Shown one piece after another: positions 13,010-25,610 of a stretch of 64,000 nt of DNA. Every line of letters begins with the position of its first letter. Position 1 is the first letter of the stretch. Position numbers and translations under genes: made by a program. Origin of the DNA: Chiloscyllium plagiosum (lineage: Eukaryota). The DNA lies in contig NC_057733.1 in assembly GCF_004010195.1 (NCBI RefSeq), positions 13,242,586 through 13,306,585 of the forward strand, given 5' to 3'. Under the pieces are notes generated by a model, which was not told where the DNA came from, did not search any database, and saw only the letters and a list, made by a program, of their open reading frames with translations.

Positions 13010-13308
13010 GTCATCTTCCTGTCCACCCATACTCGACAGATCCAATGTGCATTGCCTGGAACTATGATGAAATCCTCTCGGTGTTGCATGCACACACAAG
13101 TGTAGTGTGTTTTATCGCAGGCCATGATCACGATGGTGGTTACTACTTGGATGATCATGGAATTCACCATCTTACCTTGGAAGGTGTGATTGAAACACCA
13201 CCAGAAAGCCATGCATTTGGTACTATTCGTGTATATGAAGACAGAATGATTTTAAAGGGAAGGGGCAGGATTCCTGAAAGAGTTCTACACTTTGACAAAC
13301 ATAAATGA
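13010..13308 (+). CDS. ADPRM: ADPRM copy A, last coding exon (spliced CDS 1032 nt, 343 aa)
   Basis: catgcag| (G)HLPVHPYSTDPMCIAWNY...AGHDHDGGY...LEGVIETPPESHAFG...GRGRIPERVLHFDKHK*. Frame is continuous with the upstream exons (610+123+299=1032). Confidence 0.95.
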
Positions 13309-14569
13309 ATGAGGCATAATCTTGTGAGGCATGCAGACCATAATCACACGATGCTGTGTACTGTCCAATGAATTTCTCCATTTTAATAACTAAACTCAAA
13401 TGGCAGAGCAATGGAGTTGTATTGGAAAATTAAATGCAAAGAATTTAATAGTAAATTTAGATAGCAGTAATTGAAGTTTCTCACTGCAATCAAAAAAATC
13501 TGGTCGGCAATTTTTACTTTATAGCACTGTTTTACTTGAGCATGGCACTATTTCATCTGAACCCTTCCGTTTTGCATTACCCTTGTGTTGCAGTTCAAGC
13601 AGCTTTTAAGTTAATGCACGTAAACGTAGGCCCTTGCTAGTCACGAATTTCGTGTTGTAAACATATAATATAAATTTTGTTACGTTATTTGAATCTTTGC
13701 CTTACTAAAGATAGAACAGGGTGATCAAGATTTTGCAACATGGGATGGGATATTTATATTATTAATTAGTATTAAAAGGGGATTTACTTGTTCCTCGATA
13801 AATAGACAGACACCAAAACTCAATTCTGAAATGAGTGCTTGTAAAATTGTGCAAAGACAGGCTCAAGTCTTCACCAGTTGTCTTTTTGGAACATAATACT
13901 GGAAATGAGAGTCTCAACTTTGGTTACTTCAAACTTTTCATTTAATTATACACATCAAAAGCTCATGGCAATAATTAGGCTCACGCCTGAAACCTGGCTA
14001 GAGTTTAGAGCTTGCTTCCATACATTTCATAGTGACCATGTGTGGAGGTAGGAAAGATGGTAAAATACCTTGTGGTGTTTGATATTGCGTGGCTATTAAT
14101 GAAGTTAATTAAGTAGAAAGGCACTGCTTAAGGCAGCTTGTTTAATTGCTAAGGATATTTTTCAGTCCATTGTTACATAGTTTAGGGAGTCCAAAAAAGA
14201 AGGGAAAGATTGTTAATTGTTTAGACCAACTCGTGAAAGTGAGTATTTTCCCATCAAAATATTATCTGAGGAGGAGCGTAACCCAAGTCTTTTATATTTT
14301 GATACAACCATCTTATTTCAATTATGATAATGGAGCGAGAGAATACAATACCTGGATAGGTTTAAGATATTTGAAATGTGTACCTCGAAAAGCATATGTA
14401 CACAAAATGAGCTTCCATTAAAAGGAGTGTAAGCCTGAATACTAATGTGCTTAGTGAACATTGTGTTAGAATGAGATTGAAATTATAAGGATAAGTCTGG
14501 CTATAAATTAGCCAAAATCTATGACTCAAAAGATTGAGTGTTCAAATTGATGCACTCTGATGGAGTGTT

Positions 14570-15560
14570 TTTTTTATTTATCACTTATGGGTACTGCTGG
14601 ATGGCCAACATTTATTGTCTATTCCTTGTTGCTCTTGAGAAGGTGTTGATGAGCTGCCTTCTTGAACTGCTGCAGTCCATATCCCTTCGATAGACCCACA
14701 GTGTCCTCAGGGAAGGTATTTCAGGATTTTGGTGCAGCCACAATGAAAGAAATGCAATACATTTCCAAGTCAGGATTATGAGTGGCTTGGAGGGGTGCAG
14801 GTGGTGGTCTTCCCAATTATCTGTTGCCTTTGTCCATCCAGATGGAAGTGGTATGGGTCTGGAAGATGCTATTGAAGGATATTTGCTGAATTTCTGCAGT
14901 GCATCTTATAGATAGTACGTATTGCTGCGACTAAGCATTGGTGGTCAACACAGTGGAAATGATGTCATTCGAGCAGGCAGCTTTGTCCTGGTTGTTCTCA
15001 AGCTTCCTTGTTATTGGAGCTGCATGTATCCTGGCAAGTGGGGAGTATTCTACCATACTCCTTACTTGTGCCTTGTAAATGGCAGACAGGCTTTGGGGAG
15101 CCAGGAGGTGATTTACTGTACTATTCCTAGCTTTTGACCTGATTTGTAGGCACTACATTTTTATGGCAAGCTCAGTTGAGTTTCAGGTCAGTGGTAACTC
15201 TTAGGATGTTGATAGGTGATGATACCATTCAGTGATGGTAACTCTATGGAATGTCAGTGGCCAGTGTTTAGATTGCCTCTTATTGGATTTTGCCAGGCAT
15301 TTATGTGACACAAATGTTACATACCCAGGCTTGGGCTGACTTGGGGAATTATCCAAACCTTGTTGCATTTGGGTCGATCGAGGACCGAAAGGCCTGTTTT
15401 GCACTGTATTGTTCTATGAACAGGAACTACTTCAGTATCTGAGGAATTGTGAATGGTGCTGAACAGTGTGCAATTATTGGCAGACATCTCTGTTGGGCAG
15501 CAACAATCCCCAATTCTGATCTTATGATGGAGGAAACGTCATTGATGGAGCATCTGGAGA
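14570..15560 (-). mobile_element. Old LINE 3' remnant
   Basis: Starts with the antisense 3' tail shared with the second SINE family; degraded RT-like sequence (AAGTTGTTC/CATTGATG blocks); no intact ORF. Confidence 0.55.
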
Positions 15561-15954
15561 TTGTCACCTGTACCACCCTTTGAATCAGCTTAAAACTGAG
15601 GTGCAAATGAAACGTGACATTTTGAAAAGCAGGGAGTTGTTCTCACTATCCTGGCCAATGTTAATCCTCAACCAATACGAAGAGAAACAATAAACAGGTA
15701 ATTCCTCTCATTTGTAGATTGTAGAACCTTGCAAAGAGTAATCATTGGCTATTTTTATCTGCAATACAGCATTACTTTATTGGGAAAATGTGAGACATCT
15801 AAGGATGTGATAAGTTGTTGTATTATTGCAAATTCATCATTTCATGCTGAAGAAGAGAGGAAAGGACACTAACATTTCTACCACCGTTCCTATCACAGTT
15901 CTGGTTTTCTTAGTATGTGTCTAAGGAAGAATTTAGGTGCAGTTTATATCACAT

Positions 15955-16278
15955 TCCAGTGATGTGCAGGTCAGGTGAGTTGGCCGTGCTAAATTGCCCA
16001 TAGTTTTAGGTGCATTCGTCAGGGGTAAATATAGGGTAGGGGAATGTGTCTGGGTGGGTTACTCTTCAGAGGGTCGGTGTGGACTTGTTCGGCTGTAGGG
16101 CCTGTTTCCATACTGTAGGGAATCTAATCTGTTCTGTGTTTTTTGTTTTTGCCGCTGTTTACCTACTATTTACTTATCTCTGCTATTTAATGCCGTGATC
16201 TGCCTGTATTGCTTGCAAGACAAAGCTTTTCACTGTGCCTCGGCACACGTGACAATAAATTCAATTCAATTCAATTCA
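15955..16278 (+). mobile_element. Truncated HE1 SINE fused to a LINE 3' tail with (TTCAA)n end
   Basis: GATGTGCAGGTCAGGTGA...GGCCTGTTTCCATACTGTAGGGAATCTAATCT, then GTGACAATAAATTCAATTCAATTCAATTC. Confidence 0.65.
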
Positions 16279-17759
16279 CAAGTATGTAAGATTATTTGTT
16301 AAGAAAACAATGTAATGTCTTCTAATATTTAAGATACATTTTTAGAACTTATCACATTTAAAATAAAACATGAAATAGATGAAGATTGCAGAAGTAGGTG
16401 AAAGTTGATTGTAATGACCTTAAATTTATATTTGTTCTTGTCTCACTTAAATGTTAATCCAATCACCTTTTGGAAGGTCTGCATATCCAAGATTAATTTT
16501 TCCTACGTGGCTATAGGTCCTTTTGTAAATCCAGAGCTTGGGAAGTAACACAGTTCTGATTTAAGAAATGTGGGATTCAGTTGACAATATTACTAGCAAC
16601 ACAGACATGGGTGAATATCTGGTAAAATTTTGAAAATGCCTTCTTCTAACAAGAATAGTACAATAAACCCATCTGAGATTATTGACGTTATAATTTCTGT
16701 CAGCAACTCCCAAAACTTGGAACCAAATGTCAAAAGAGATCAAGATCAGGTATTTTAAGCCTTACAAAATCCTGTTATCTTAAAGGCCATTCAAAAAGTG
16801 CTATGTCCCTTGATCACCATCTTAGTCATTCGTATTTCAACATGGCACAATTTTAAGCTGCAAATTACAGTAGAAACTGAGCTAAATTTTCTGAGTTTAA
16901 CTAAATGTCAATTTTGGGAGTTTCATTGAGGGCTTCACCTCTGATGAGTCTTCTATCACAATTTTACTTTGTTCACTTCTTTGTATGCATCATTCCTCTA
17001 TGGTGGCACATTGGTGATGGCACAGTAGTATTGACATACAAGCTATTGCCATGATCTTGTGCGTTTCCTGATACCAGCACTATGCTTAAAGCCCAGCCAT
17101 GTGCCAGGTCAAAAGCTACAGGTTAGGAATAGACTTTCACAGTTGCAATGCAGGAGAGATTGACCTTTGATGGCCCATAGAGGCCAGTTGGCATTTCTAT
17201 TTAACTCTTTAATCTCATATTTTACACCTGAGCCTCCCAGCCTTGCAGCTTAGCAATGCCAAAAATCATTGTACACAATACCCCATTAAACTCCAGGATG
17301 GTGGTAACCCTCAGTGGACCTTTCCCCAAACATGACAAGCTGCCCAGTTTTATGTCTGTGCTAAAAGGCAAGGTAGGATAGAAATACTGTGAGCCTTTAT
17401 GTTTTGGCTGTGTGGGCAACAAGCAAAAAAAAGGCAGAAATGCTGTGAGCATTGAAGTAGTTGCAAAGTGCATGAGTACCAAGAGAGAATGAAAAAGCCC
17501 TGATATATGCACTTCTCAGATAATGAGCTGGGTGTTTGACCTTGTGTGCAAAGTGTCCTAGCTTCAGCATTTCAATTATAGGTTTCAGTATACTCCAAAG
17601 TGTATTGGAGTCCAGAACTGTATGATATGTGGATCAGAGATCTGTCATTGCCAGTGCAAAGGGAGTAACACGTGACTGATGCCAACATCTGAGATCTTAA
17701 AAGAAAAATTTGGTAAAAGGGATGAATTTAACTTGCTGATCTCACATTAAAGTCTTTAC

Positions 17760-18400
17760 CTTTTACAATGTATTTGCTGCTGACAGTGTGGTCTCCTCTA
17801 TTTGTCAAGAGTGAAAACAGACTGCAGAACAGCTGCACCTCCCCACAAGCTGACACCATCCTTCCAGTCGCTTGCCATTTGAATACATCTTCCTGGTCTT
17901 ATGCCAGTATTTTGTATTGAGGCCTTTTGCAATGCTCCAGCAAGCCCCATTGCAACTTGAAGAAACAGCACCTCATTTTCTATTTAGACCTTTTACAGCT
18001 TTCAAGACAATATTGAATTCAAGAATTTTAAATCCTGAGTATTATTTTCCCTGTTTCTCCAGCAGCCCATTCCCCCCGCCCACCCCCACAACCACATCTT
18101 GTTTGCCTCTCTTCATTCTCTGCAAGGCCAATCTATTCTCAACTATCCACACGTCTGATTAACAGCTAAATTGTATCTATATCACTCCTTTACCTTCAGT
18201 CGTCCCTTTGTTTTTGCTTTGGGACCTTCACTCTCTGTTCCACTTGCTCCTCATCTCCCTTTGCCAGCAGCACACAAACCCATCATTTTACAACCCTTTT
18301 CAGGTCAGCAGAGTAATTTGACCTGAAACATTAACTCTGTTTTTCTTTCTATAGATGCTGCTAGACCTGCTGAGTTTCTCCAGCACCTTCCATTTTTATA
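17760..18400 (+). mobile_element. Highly decayed Penelope-like GIY-YIG / terminal fragment
   Basis: Residual similarity to the endonuclease region (CAACTTGAAGAAACAGCACCTCATTTT, TATTGAATTCAA) and to the AGATGCTGC...GACCTGCTGAG terminus. Confidence 0.55.
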
Positions 18401-19679
18401 TTTAATGAAGGTACAGCACATTGCTCAGTGCGGTCTGAAGGCCTCCAAGTAATAGGAAAGATGATGAAGGTCAAATATCCAAATAAATTAGAGAAGTACA
18501 AGAATTATAGTATAGTTATAATGGGAGACATTAATTTTGCAAATCTAGACTGAAATACCAATATTGTGAAGGTATGAGAGAGGTAAATGCTCCAGCATGT
18601 GTTCAGAAAGATTTCTTATAGCAGTATATTTCCATTCCAAATAGAAAAGAGATGTGGTTGGAGCTAGTTCTTGAGAATGAACTGGGTCAAGTGTGGATAT
18701 TACTACGTTTAGGACATAGTGATAATGAAGATTTAGTTTAGCGATAGAAATGAGCAAGGAACAAAGAGTAAATAACAGGGGGAGCACCACTTTCGATAAC
18801 TTCAGAATGATTCCAATGTATCTAGGTCAGAACCAAACATTGAGAGGCAAGACTATAAGTGAACAATTGGAAATCTTTAAAAAGCATGCTGTAGTTGAGG
18901 CACAGTGAAGGTGCATTCTTGCAGAGGGTGGGACAAATAATCCAATGATCTCTGAAAGACGATGAAGGGAATAGAGTTAAGATGAACAAACTATGCAGTC
19001 CAACACACCACCCCAAGTTTGCCTGTCCATTAGAGGGAAGATCGCCTTTTTACTTGTTTTTAACATGTGCAAGTATTTATTAAGTTCAAGGTCACAATTG
19101 GAGTTTTGCCTCCTATTGATTGCAGGAAATAAAATCTGAGCACCAACTGCACCAATGTTCTTTTGAAATTGCTCACAAGGTGTACAATTACGGCTGCAAG
19201 GGAGTAAGTTCTCCAAGGTGTGCCCTTCCACTACTTACTGTGCAAAACCTACCCAGCTCAGGCATACTCAATACTTTCATGCTCTCAAGCACAGTGAATA
19301 TTTTTGCCCAGCAGGGATTTCAAACTGGATTACAGCCATCTACTGACTCCTGTGAAAATAAGATATAAAGACTTAGCACTTGCAAATATGTTGTAAGTTA
19401 AATACAATTTCTCATGTTGCAATGAAATGATGCCCTCAGACTCCAGCTGGCTTGATGTCAACTTGCTGTCCAAAAAGGAGCAAGCTGAAGTGAACATGCA
19501 GCAGGACAGGGAGTGTGCAAAAAATGTTTCTGTATGCCCACAAGTCACCTGGCCTTCTTGGTTACCTCAGCTTCATGGGCTAAGTTGCAGCAGCATCTTG
19601 CGGTTGCCTGCTGAGAGCACCCAAACCAGGAATGACATTCTTTGAGAGGGATGTGTTAGGGAGTCCAGGGCAAAAATCA

Positions 19680-20360
19680 GAAGCTTCCGGAACACAAGTT
19701 ATGCGACTGTGCAGATACTGTGCTGGACAGGAGAGCAAAGGGAATTAAGGATATTCGTAAATGCAGTAGAGCGACAGAACCAAAACCTCTCTCCAATATC
19801 TTGATTTGAACTGAAAACAAAAGGTAGTTCCTGGCTTTCAGAAACACTCTTGGTGAAGGAGCTTATGTCAGTTAGCGATTTCACCCTCTGACCAATACCC
19901 AAATATGGAACATTTTGTGCCATTTTCGGATACCTTTCCAGCATAAGCCCACACACATTACCAAGTGAAAAGATTGCTCTTTAAAGGACCGTGGTAGTCA
20001 ATTGTAATTTTTCCAGTTGGCGGAAATGATGTGTATGGGGTTCCCACGTATCGAATCCCTGCAGGAGAATCCAATGGAAACGATAGATTGACTGGATTAT
20101 GTGTCTGTAAGAGGAGAACATCAGTTCCCTGGCTGAGGTGACGGCAAACGCGAAGGATCACTCTGTATGTACATTGTTCAGTGATGGGAACTTTGGTTTG
20201 TTACTTTAGATTTAGTATTCCCGTTAGAGATTGCAGGGTCCCTGCTGCTAGTTAATTTCTCATAGCAGTCACTCTGCGGCCAGCATATAACGCTGGCCAC
20301 TCTGTCCCATTCACAAGGGGCGGTGTATGTTCGTGGGTCTAGCGTCCACAGTAAGTGAAA
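19680..20360 (+). promoter_or_regulatory. Candidate promoter / non-coding first exon of ADPRM copy B
   Basis: Non-repeat stretch with locally raised CpG, ETS-like GGCGGAAAT (~20019) and TTCCGGAA (~19685), and a donor-like CA|GTAAGT near 20352. The position parallels the copy A layout. Inference only. Confidence 0.3.
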
Positions 20361-20814
20361 ATTGCAGGTTTGAATTCATTCAGATGTGCGAATTATAATA
20401 TTATTAGAATTTATATATCTCTTTATCCCGTCTAAATTGTTCAGAGCACTTCATTGGCAGTGGGCGATTGATCCACAGAATGTGTTAAGCCATCTATTCA
20501 CATATTTTAAACGTTAGGTAGAACTGGACCGTGGTAATTTATTTATTTAGTGGGGCAATTGGTAGCTTACAAAACTGAAATACTGCAAGCAACGCAGTTC
20601 CTCCCATGAAAACTGTTTAGTTTAAATTTTCCTGTGTCATGCTCCTTGAAGCAGGAGCCAACTAGGTTAGTAACGATGAAAGGCCAGCGCACTGCTTCGC
20701 TGTGTGTGTATGTACGGAGACGGGAGTGCAGGGCAGCATCGTAATGGGGTTGTGAACTCTGTGAATGCAGTGGAAGCTCTGACTGGATTGTGACATACAC
20801 ATTCCCTCAGTAAC

Positions 20815-21500
20815 AGATTCCCCCACCCTGTGGCGGTTGATTAATTTATCGTTGCCACGAGTACTGAGGTGCAGTGAAAAGTGTTGTTTTGTGTGCTCTA
20901 CAGCAGCTTGCACCAGGCTGGCAGAACAGATTGCAGAACAGTGTTCCAGCCACAGAGAAAATGCAAGAGATCAGAATTAACATTTGAGAGGTCAGTTCAA
21001 AAGTCTGATAACAAACGGAAGAAGCTGTTCTTGAATCTGTTAGTACCTGTTTTCAAACTTGTATATCTTCTGTCTGATGGGAGAGCGTATAACTGGAAAG
21101 TATATCCATTGACTCCATCTATATTTCCTGCGCCCTCAGAAAAGCAACTGACATAATAAAAGACCCCTCCCATCCTGGTTATACTCCCTTCCACCCCCTT
21201 CCATCGGGCAGAAGATATAAAAGTTTCAATACATGTACTAACAGATTCAAGAACAGCTTCTTCTTTGCTGTATTCAGACTTTTGCATAGAGGAGGTGTTG
21301 TCGCCTATCCTTACTGATTGCGTTGGTCAGGAAATCGAGAAACCAGTTACAGAGTGGGGAGGTGAGACCTAGGTGTTAGAATTTAGACATGAGTTTGTTT
21401 GGAATTATGGTGTTGAAGGCAGAACTGAAGTAGGAGCCTGACATAGGTATTCTTATTATCCAGATGTTCCAGAGATGAGTGTAGGGCCAGGAAGATGTTC
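20815..21500 (-). mobile_element. Rex/Babar-like LINE fragments with an inverted duplication of the ORF2 C-terminus
   Basis: LPSDRRYTSLKTGTNRFKNSFF on minus (~21015-21085) and IIKDPSHPG...LPSGRRYK...NRFKNSFF on plus (~21152-21285); RT motif FSSAFNTIIPNKL on minus (~21380-21430). Confidence 0.7.
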
Positions 21501-21537
21501 TCTTTGTTTCTGCATCCCCACAATAAAACTGCGAGTG

Positions 21538-21715
21538 GATTATAACATCTGCACTCCCTTTATAATGGATTCCTGCTGTCTGTCCCAGAGCCAAGAAACC
21601 ATGACAAGATTGTAACATCTGCACTCCCTCTGTAATGGATTCCTGCTCTCTGTCCCTACCCCCAATGAAGCTCTGACAAGATTGTAACATCTGCACTCTC
21701 TCAGTAATAGGTTCT
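21538..21715. repeat. Three diverged copies of a ~70-bp unit
   Basis: GATT(G/A)TAACATCTGCACTC(C/T)CT...TAAT(G/A)G recurs at ~21538, ~21608 and ~21680. Confidence 0.8.
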
Positions 21716-21719
21716 TGCT

Positions 21720-24010
21720 AAATAAAAGCAAATTACTGCAGATGCTGGAATCTGAAACCAAAATAGAAAATGCTGGAAAATCTCAGCAGGGTCTGGCAGC
21801 ATCTGTAAGGAGAGAAAAGAGCTGACGTTTTGAGTCTAACTGACCCTTTGTCAAAGCTAAAAAAAAGGGAGAAAAAGGGGCAGGTGTTGCTCGGCTGAGA
21901 GAATGGCTCCAGAAGCAAAGGTAGCAATATAGACTTGATAATGACAGTGCATAGAGAGATTAGGAGCTGTGAATGACCAAGGCTGAAGCCAGTGCTATAT
22001 GACAAAATATGTGGCAGATGGGGGGGATGGTGAAGCAGAGGCAAAACGGGAGAAGGGTAGCAAAGGGGGAAGAGGAGAGGAAAAAGGTGGTGAGAGAGTG
22101 GGGAGCGAGAAAAAGAGAGACAATCAAGAAATAAGAGGTACAGCACAGTGAAAAAAAAATTACGGAGCAGAATGAAAACAGAGGGGTCAAGATGGGATAA
22201 TCATCTGAAGTTGTTGAATTCAATGTTGAGACCGGCAGGCTGTAACGTGCCTAGTGGGAAAATGAGATGCTGTTCCTCCAGTTTGCGTTGAGCTTCACTG
22301 GAACATTGCAGCAGGCCAAGGACAGACATGTGGGCATGGGAGCAGAATTGTGTGTTGAAGTGGCAAGCCACAGGAAGGTCCGGGACCTGATTGCGTACAG
22401 GCGGAAGGTGCTCAGCAAAGCGATCACCCAGTCGGTGTTTTGTCCCTCTGATATAAAGGAGACCACATTGGGAGCAATAAATGCAATAGACCAAATTGAA
22501 AGATGTAGAAGTGAAACGCTGCTTAATTTGAAATGAGTGTTTGGGGCCTTGGATGGTGAGCATGGAAGAGGTAAAGGGGCAGGTGTTGCATGTTCTGCGA
22601 TTGCATGGGAAGGTGCCGTGTGTGATGGGAGAGGTGTTAGGTGTGATGGGAAGGTGCCGTGTGTGATGGGAGAGGTGTTAGGTGTGATGGGAAGGTGCCG
22701 TGTGTGATGGGAAAGGTGTTACGTGTGATGGGAAGGTGCATAGCTAGGACCCATGCGGGTACCCGTTGCTACACCTTTGATTTGGAGAAAATGGGATGAG
22801 TTGAAGGAGAAGTTGTTGAGAGAGAGAACAAGTTCAGCCAGGCGGAGGAGAGTGGTGGTGGATGGAGATTGTTCGGGCCTCTTTTCGAGAAAGAAGCGAA
22901 GAGCTTTCAAGCCATCTTGGTGTGGGATGGAGGTGTAAAGAGATTGCACATCCATGGTGAATAGGGGTGGTTAGGGCCTGTGAATTGAAAGCTGTCAATG
23001 TGTCGCGGGGCACCAGAGAAATCCTGGATGTAGATGGGGAGGGAGTGAACCAGAGGAGTAAGGATGGGATCAAGGTAGGAGGAAATAAGTTCAGTGGGGC
23101 AGGAGCATGCTGACACAATGGGCCTGCTGGGATAGTCCTTCTTGTGGATTTTGGGGAGTAGGTAGAAACGGGCTGTCCAGGGTTGGGAGACTATGAGGTT
23201 GGAAGCTGTAGGGGGGGAGGCATCCGGAGGAAATGAGGTCAGTCACGGTGTTGGAGACAATGGCTTGATGCTCAGTGGTGTGGTCATGCTCCAGGGGGAG
23301 GTAGGAGGAGGAATCTGAGAGTTGGCGCTCAGCCTCTGCGAGGTAGAGGTCAGTACGTCAGACAACAACAGCACCCCCTTTGTCAGCAGGTTTGATGACA
23401 AGGTTGGGGTTGGACCTAAGGGAGCAAAGAGCAGAAAGTTCGGATGGAGAGAGGTTGGAATGGGTAAGAGGGGCAGAGAAATTAAGGCGGCCAATGTCCT
23501 GTCGACAATTGTCAATGAAAAGTTCGAGGGAAGGAAATTGTCCTGGCGGGGATATCCAATTAGAGGTGGAATGTTGGAGGGATGTGAAAGGATCTGTGGA
23601 GCGGGGGGAGAACTCTTGCCCAAAGAAGTGAGCACGAAGGCGAAGGTGACGGCAGAAAAGCTCAGCATCATGTCGAACCCGGAATTCATTGAGGTGGGGA
23701 CGTAAGGGTACAAAGCTGAGTCCTTTGCTGAGAACAGCATGCTCAGCCTCAGAGAGGGGAAGGTCAGAGGGTATGGTGAACACACGGCAAGGGCTGGGGC
23801 TGGAAGAGATGGGGTTCGAGGGATTGGGACTGTTGGAAGGTGGACGGTGGGCAGGGGTGTGGATGAGAAGTTGAAGCTTGCGTTCCTTAACACCTGCAAG
23901 AAACAGGAAAAGTTTGGAGTTAAGGCGTCGAATGAAAAGACCGAGGGCTGGAAATTGTGGAGCAGGGGGAGGACTCTTGCCCAAAGAACTGAGCATGAAG
24001 GCGAAGGCGA
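21720..24010 (-). mobile_element. Penelope-like retroelement, internally deleted (N-terminus, RT N-half, GIY-YIG endonuclease, terminal repeat)
   Basis: [57 protein letters not shown]; GIY-YIG NLVYCIYCSQCGLLYI...RFAEH...LEEQHLIF.LGTLQPAGLNIEF (22201-22563). The YIDD-type catalytic motif region is absent and there are frameshifts. Confidence 0.92.
22605..22740. repeat. Minisatellite, ~40-bp unit of two related ~20-bp halves, ~3.3 copies
   Basis: GGGAAGGTGCCGTGTGTGATGGGAGAGGTGTTAGGTGTGAT repeated nearly perfectly. Confidence 0.9.
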
Positions 24011-25165
24011 CGGAAGAAGAGCTCAGAGTCATGTTGAAATACTGCAAATGCTCAAAATCTGAATAAAAAAACAAAGTGCTGGAGAAGCTTAAGGAGGTTT
24101 TGTAGCATCTGTAGAGAGAGAAACTAAGTTGATATTTCAAGTATGATATAACTATTCTTCAGAAATACATTTTATTTTTTGAACTTGCCGCTGTTAAATT
24201 CCAAAAGGCAGAGTTTGCTACCCAAACAAAAATTATAGCAAATGGTTTTGATTTAATTTGGTATACAACACAAGAGTAGAGATTCAGCATGCCATCCAGG
24301 GCATTGAGAATTAGCTACCTGTTATCTTAAAGGCCTGAATTTCAATCCCAATGTTTCACCAAGTCCACAGTTAGAGAATTAATACAAATGTCCGATGACA
24401 AGACAGAAATCTGACCTTGTGAGCTGCCTGGGTGAAGTTCCATATTCTCGTTAACCTTTATGTGAAAAGCACTCTCCACATTTCCTCCCCTGCCCCCATT
24501 CTCCTGTTGATAATCTTGAATCTGTGTCTCTTGTTTACCATTTTGTTATCCTCTGAAAAATGCATTTCATTACTGATAATCTCAAAAAAAAGTCTTCCAA
24601 TTTTTCATTTCTTTTTAATTGCTGTAAGTTTTTATGTGTTGATTATTTGTTGTGCCTGTGCCTCTTGAATTGTGTACCCAGGTTTATATGTAGTATTCTA
24701 ACAAGTATCAGATCAACCGGTCTTCTAGAAATTTATTTTATATTCAGTATCTTTAATACACAAAATCCAAATTCCTATTGACCTTTTGTGTAGTCTTTTC
24801 TACATGATGTCCAACTTTTAAAATCCCAGCTTCTTGCAATTTTATTTTACCAACTCTGTTTATACTATGCTTTCATTGTTTTCTTATCCAAAATAGACCA
24901 TTTTGTTTTGCGCATCGAACTGTATCTGTCCATTTTCCACGTCTTAAGATCAGAAACATTTAGCATTGTGTAATGTAAGAGCTGTGCATTTTGTTATACT
25001 GCCATCTCTGCTACTGTCCCTGTTGGCAAAATGTACATAAAATTGGCAACATAGCTACTTACAATTCTTTTTTGGTTTTATTTACACTTCTCCAACAGAG
25101 AGGGCAGTTGCGAAGGCAGTATAACAAAATGTTCAGCTCTTACAATATACAACATGCGCAATTTA

Positions 25166-25539
25166 CAGTAGCACCTAGACTTACGAACTTAATTCGTTCC
25201 GGGACTCGGTTCGCGAACCGAAAAGTTTGCAAACTGAATCAATTTTTCCCATTGTTCAGATAGCGTAAGAACGCTTGGACGTAGCAACGAACGCTGTTCA
25301 CAGCGTACATGCCAAAGACGAACTGAATGAGATCACGCGGGGCCCGAGAGCTTTTGCGTTCAACAAGCGCATAGCAAAGCAGAACAATGAAACCACATGG
25401 TTGCACACGGCCTTTTTACGTTCGTACCTTCGTTCGTACCTTGAATTTCGGACATACATTGAAGCAAAATTTTACGTACAATCCTGTTCGTAAACCAATT
25501 TGTTCATGAACGGGTGGTTTGTATGTCGAGGCGCTACTG
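25166..25539. mobile_element. Tc1/mariner-pogo (Tigger-like) MITE, 374 bp
   Basis: TIRs CAGTAGCACCTAGACTTACGAAC and GTTTGTATGTCGAGGCGCTACTG; TA on both sides (25164-65, 25540-41); CpG-rich interior. Confidence 0.85.
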
Positions 25540-25610
25540 TACTTCTGATTGTCAAGCCATCCAATTTGATAGCTTGAACCAGCCTCAATCTTATATGCCT
25601 TGTACTTATC

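Noticed and set aside
22201-22563. Domesticated GIY-YIG endonuclease gene
   Set aside because: It is embedded in a frameshifted, deleted Penelope copy, has substitutions in the conserved YIG motif, and shows no splice or promoter evidence.
21538-22740. Spaced repeats resembling a CRISPR array (21538-21715, 22605-22740, also 28070-28230)
   Set aside because: Eukaryotic context, the intervening sequences are related to each other rather than unique spacers, and there are no cas genes; these are minisatellites.
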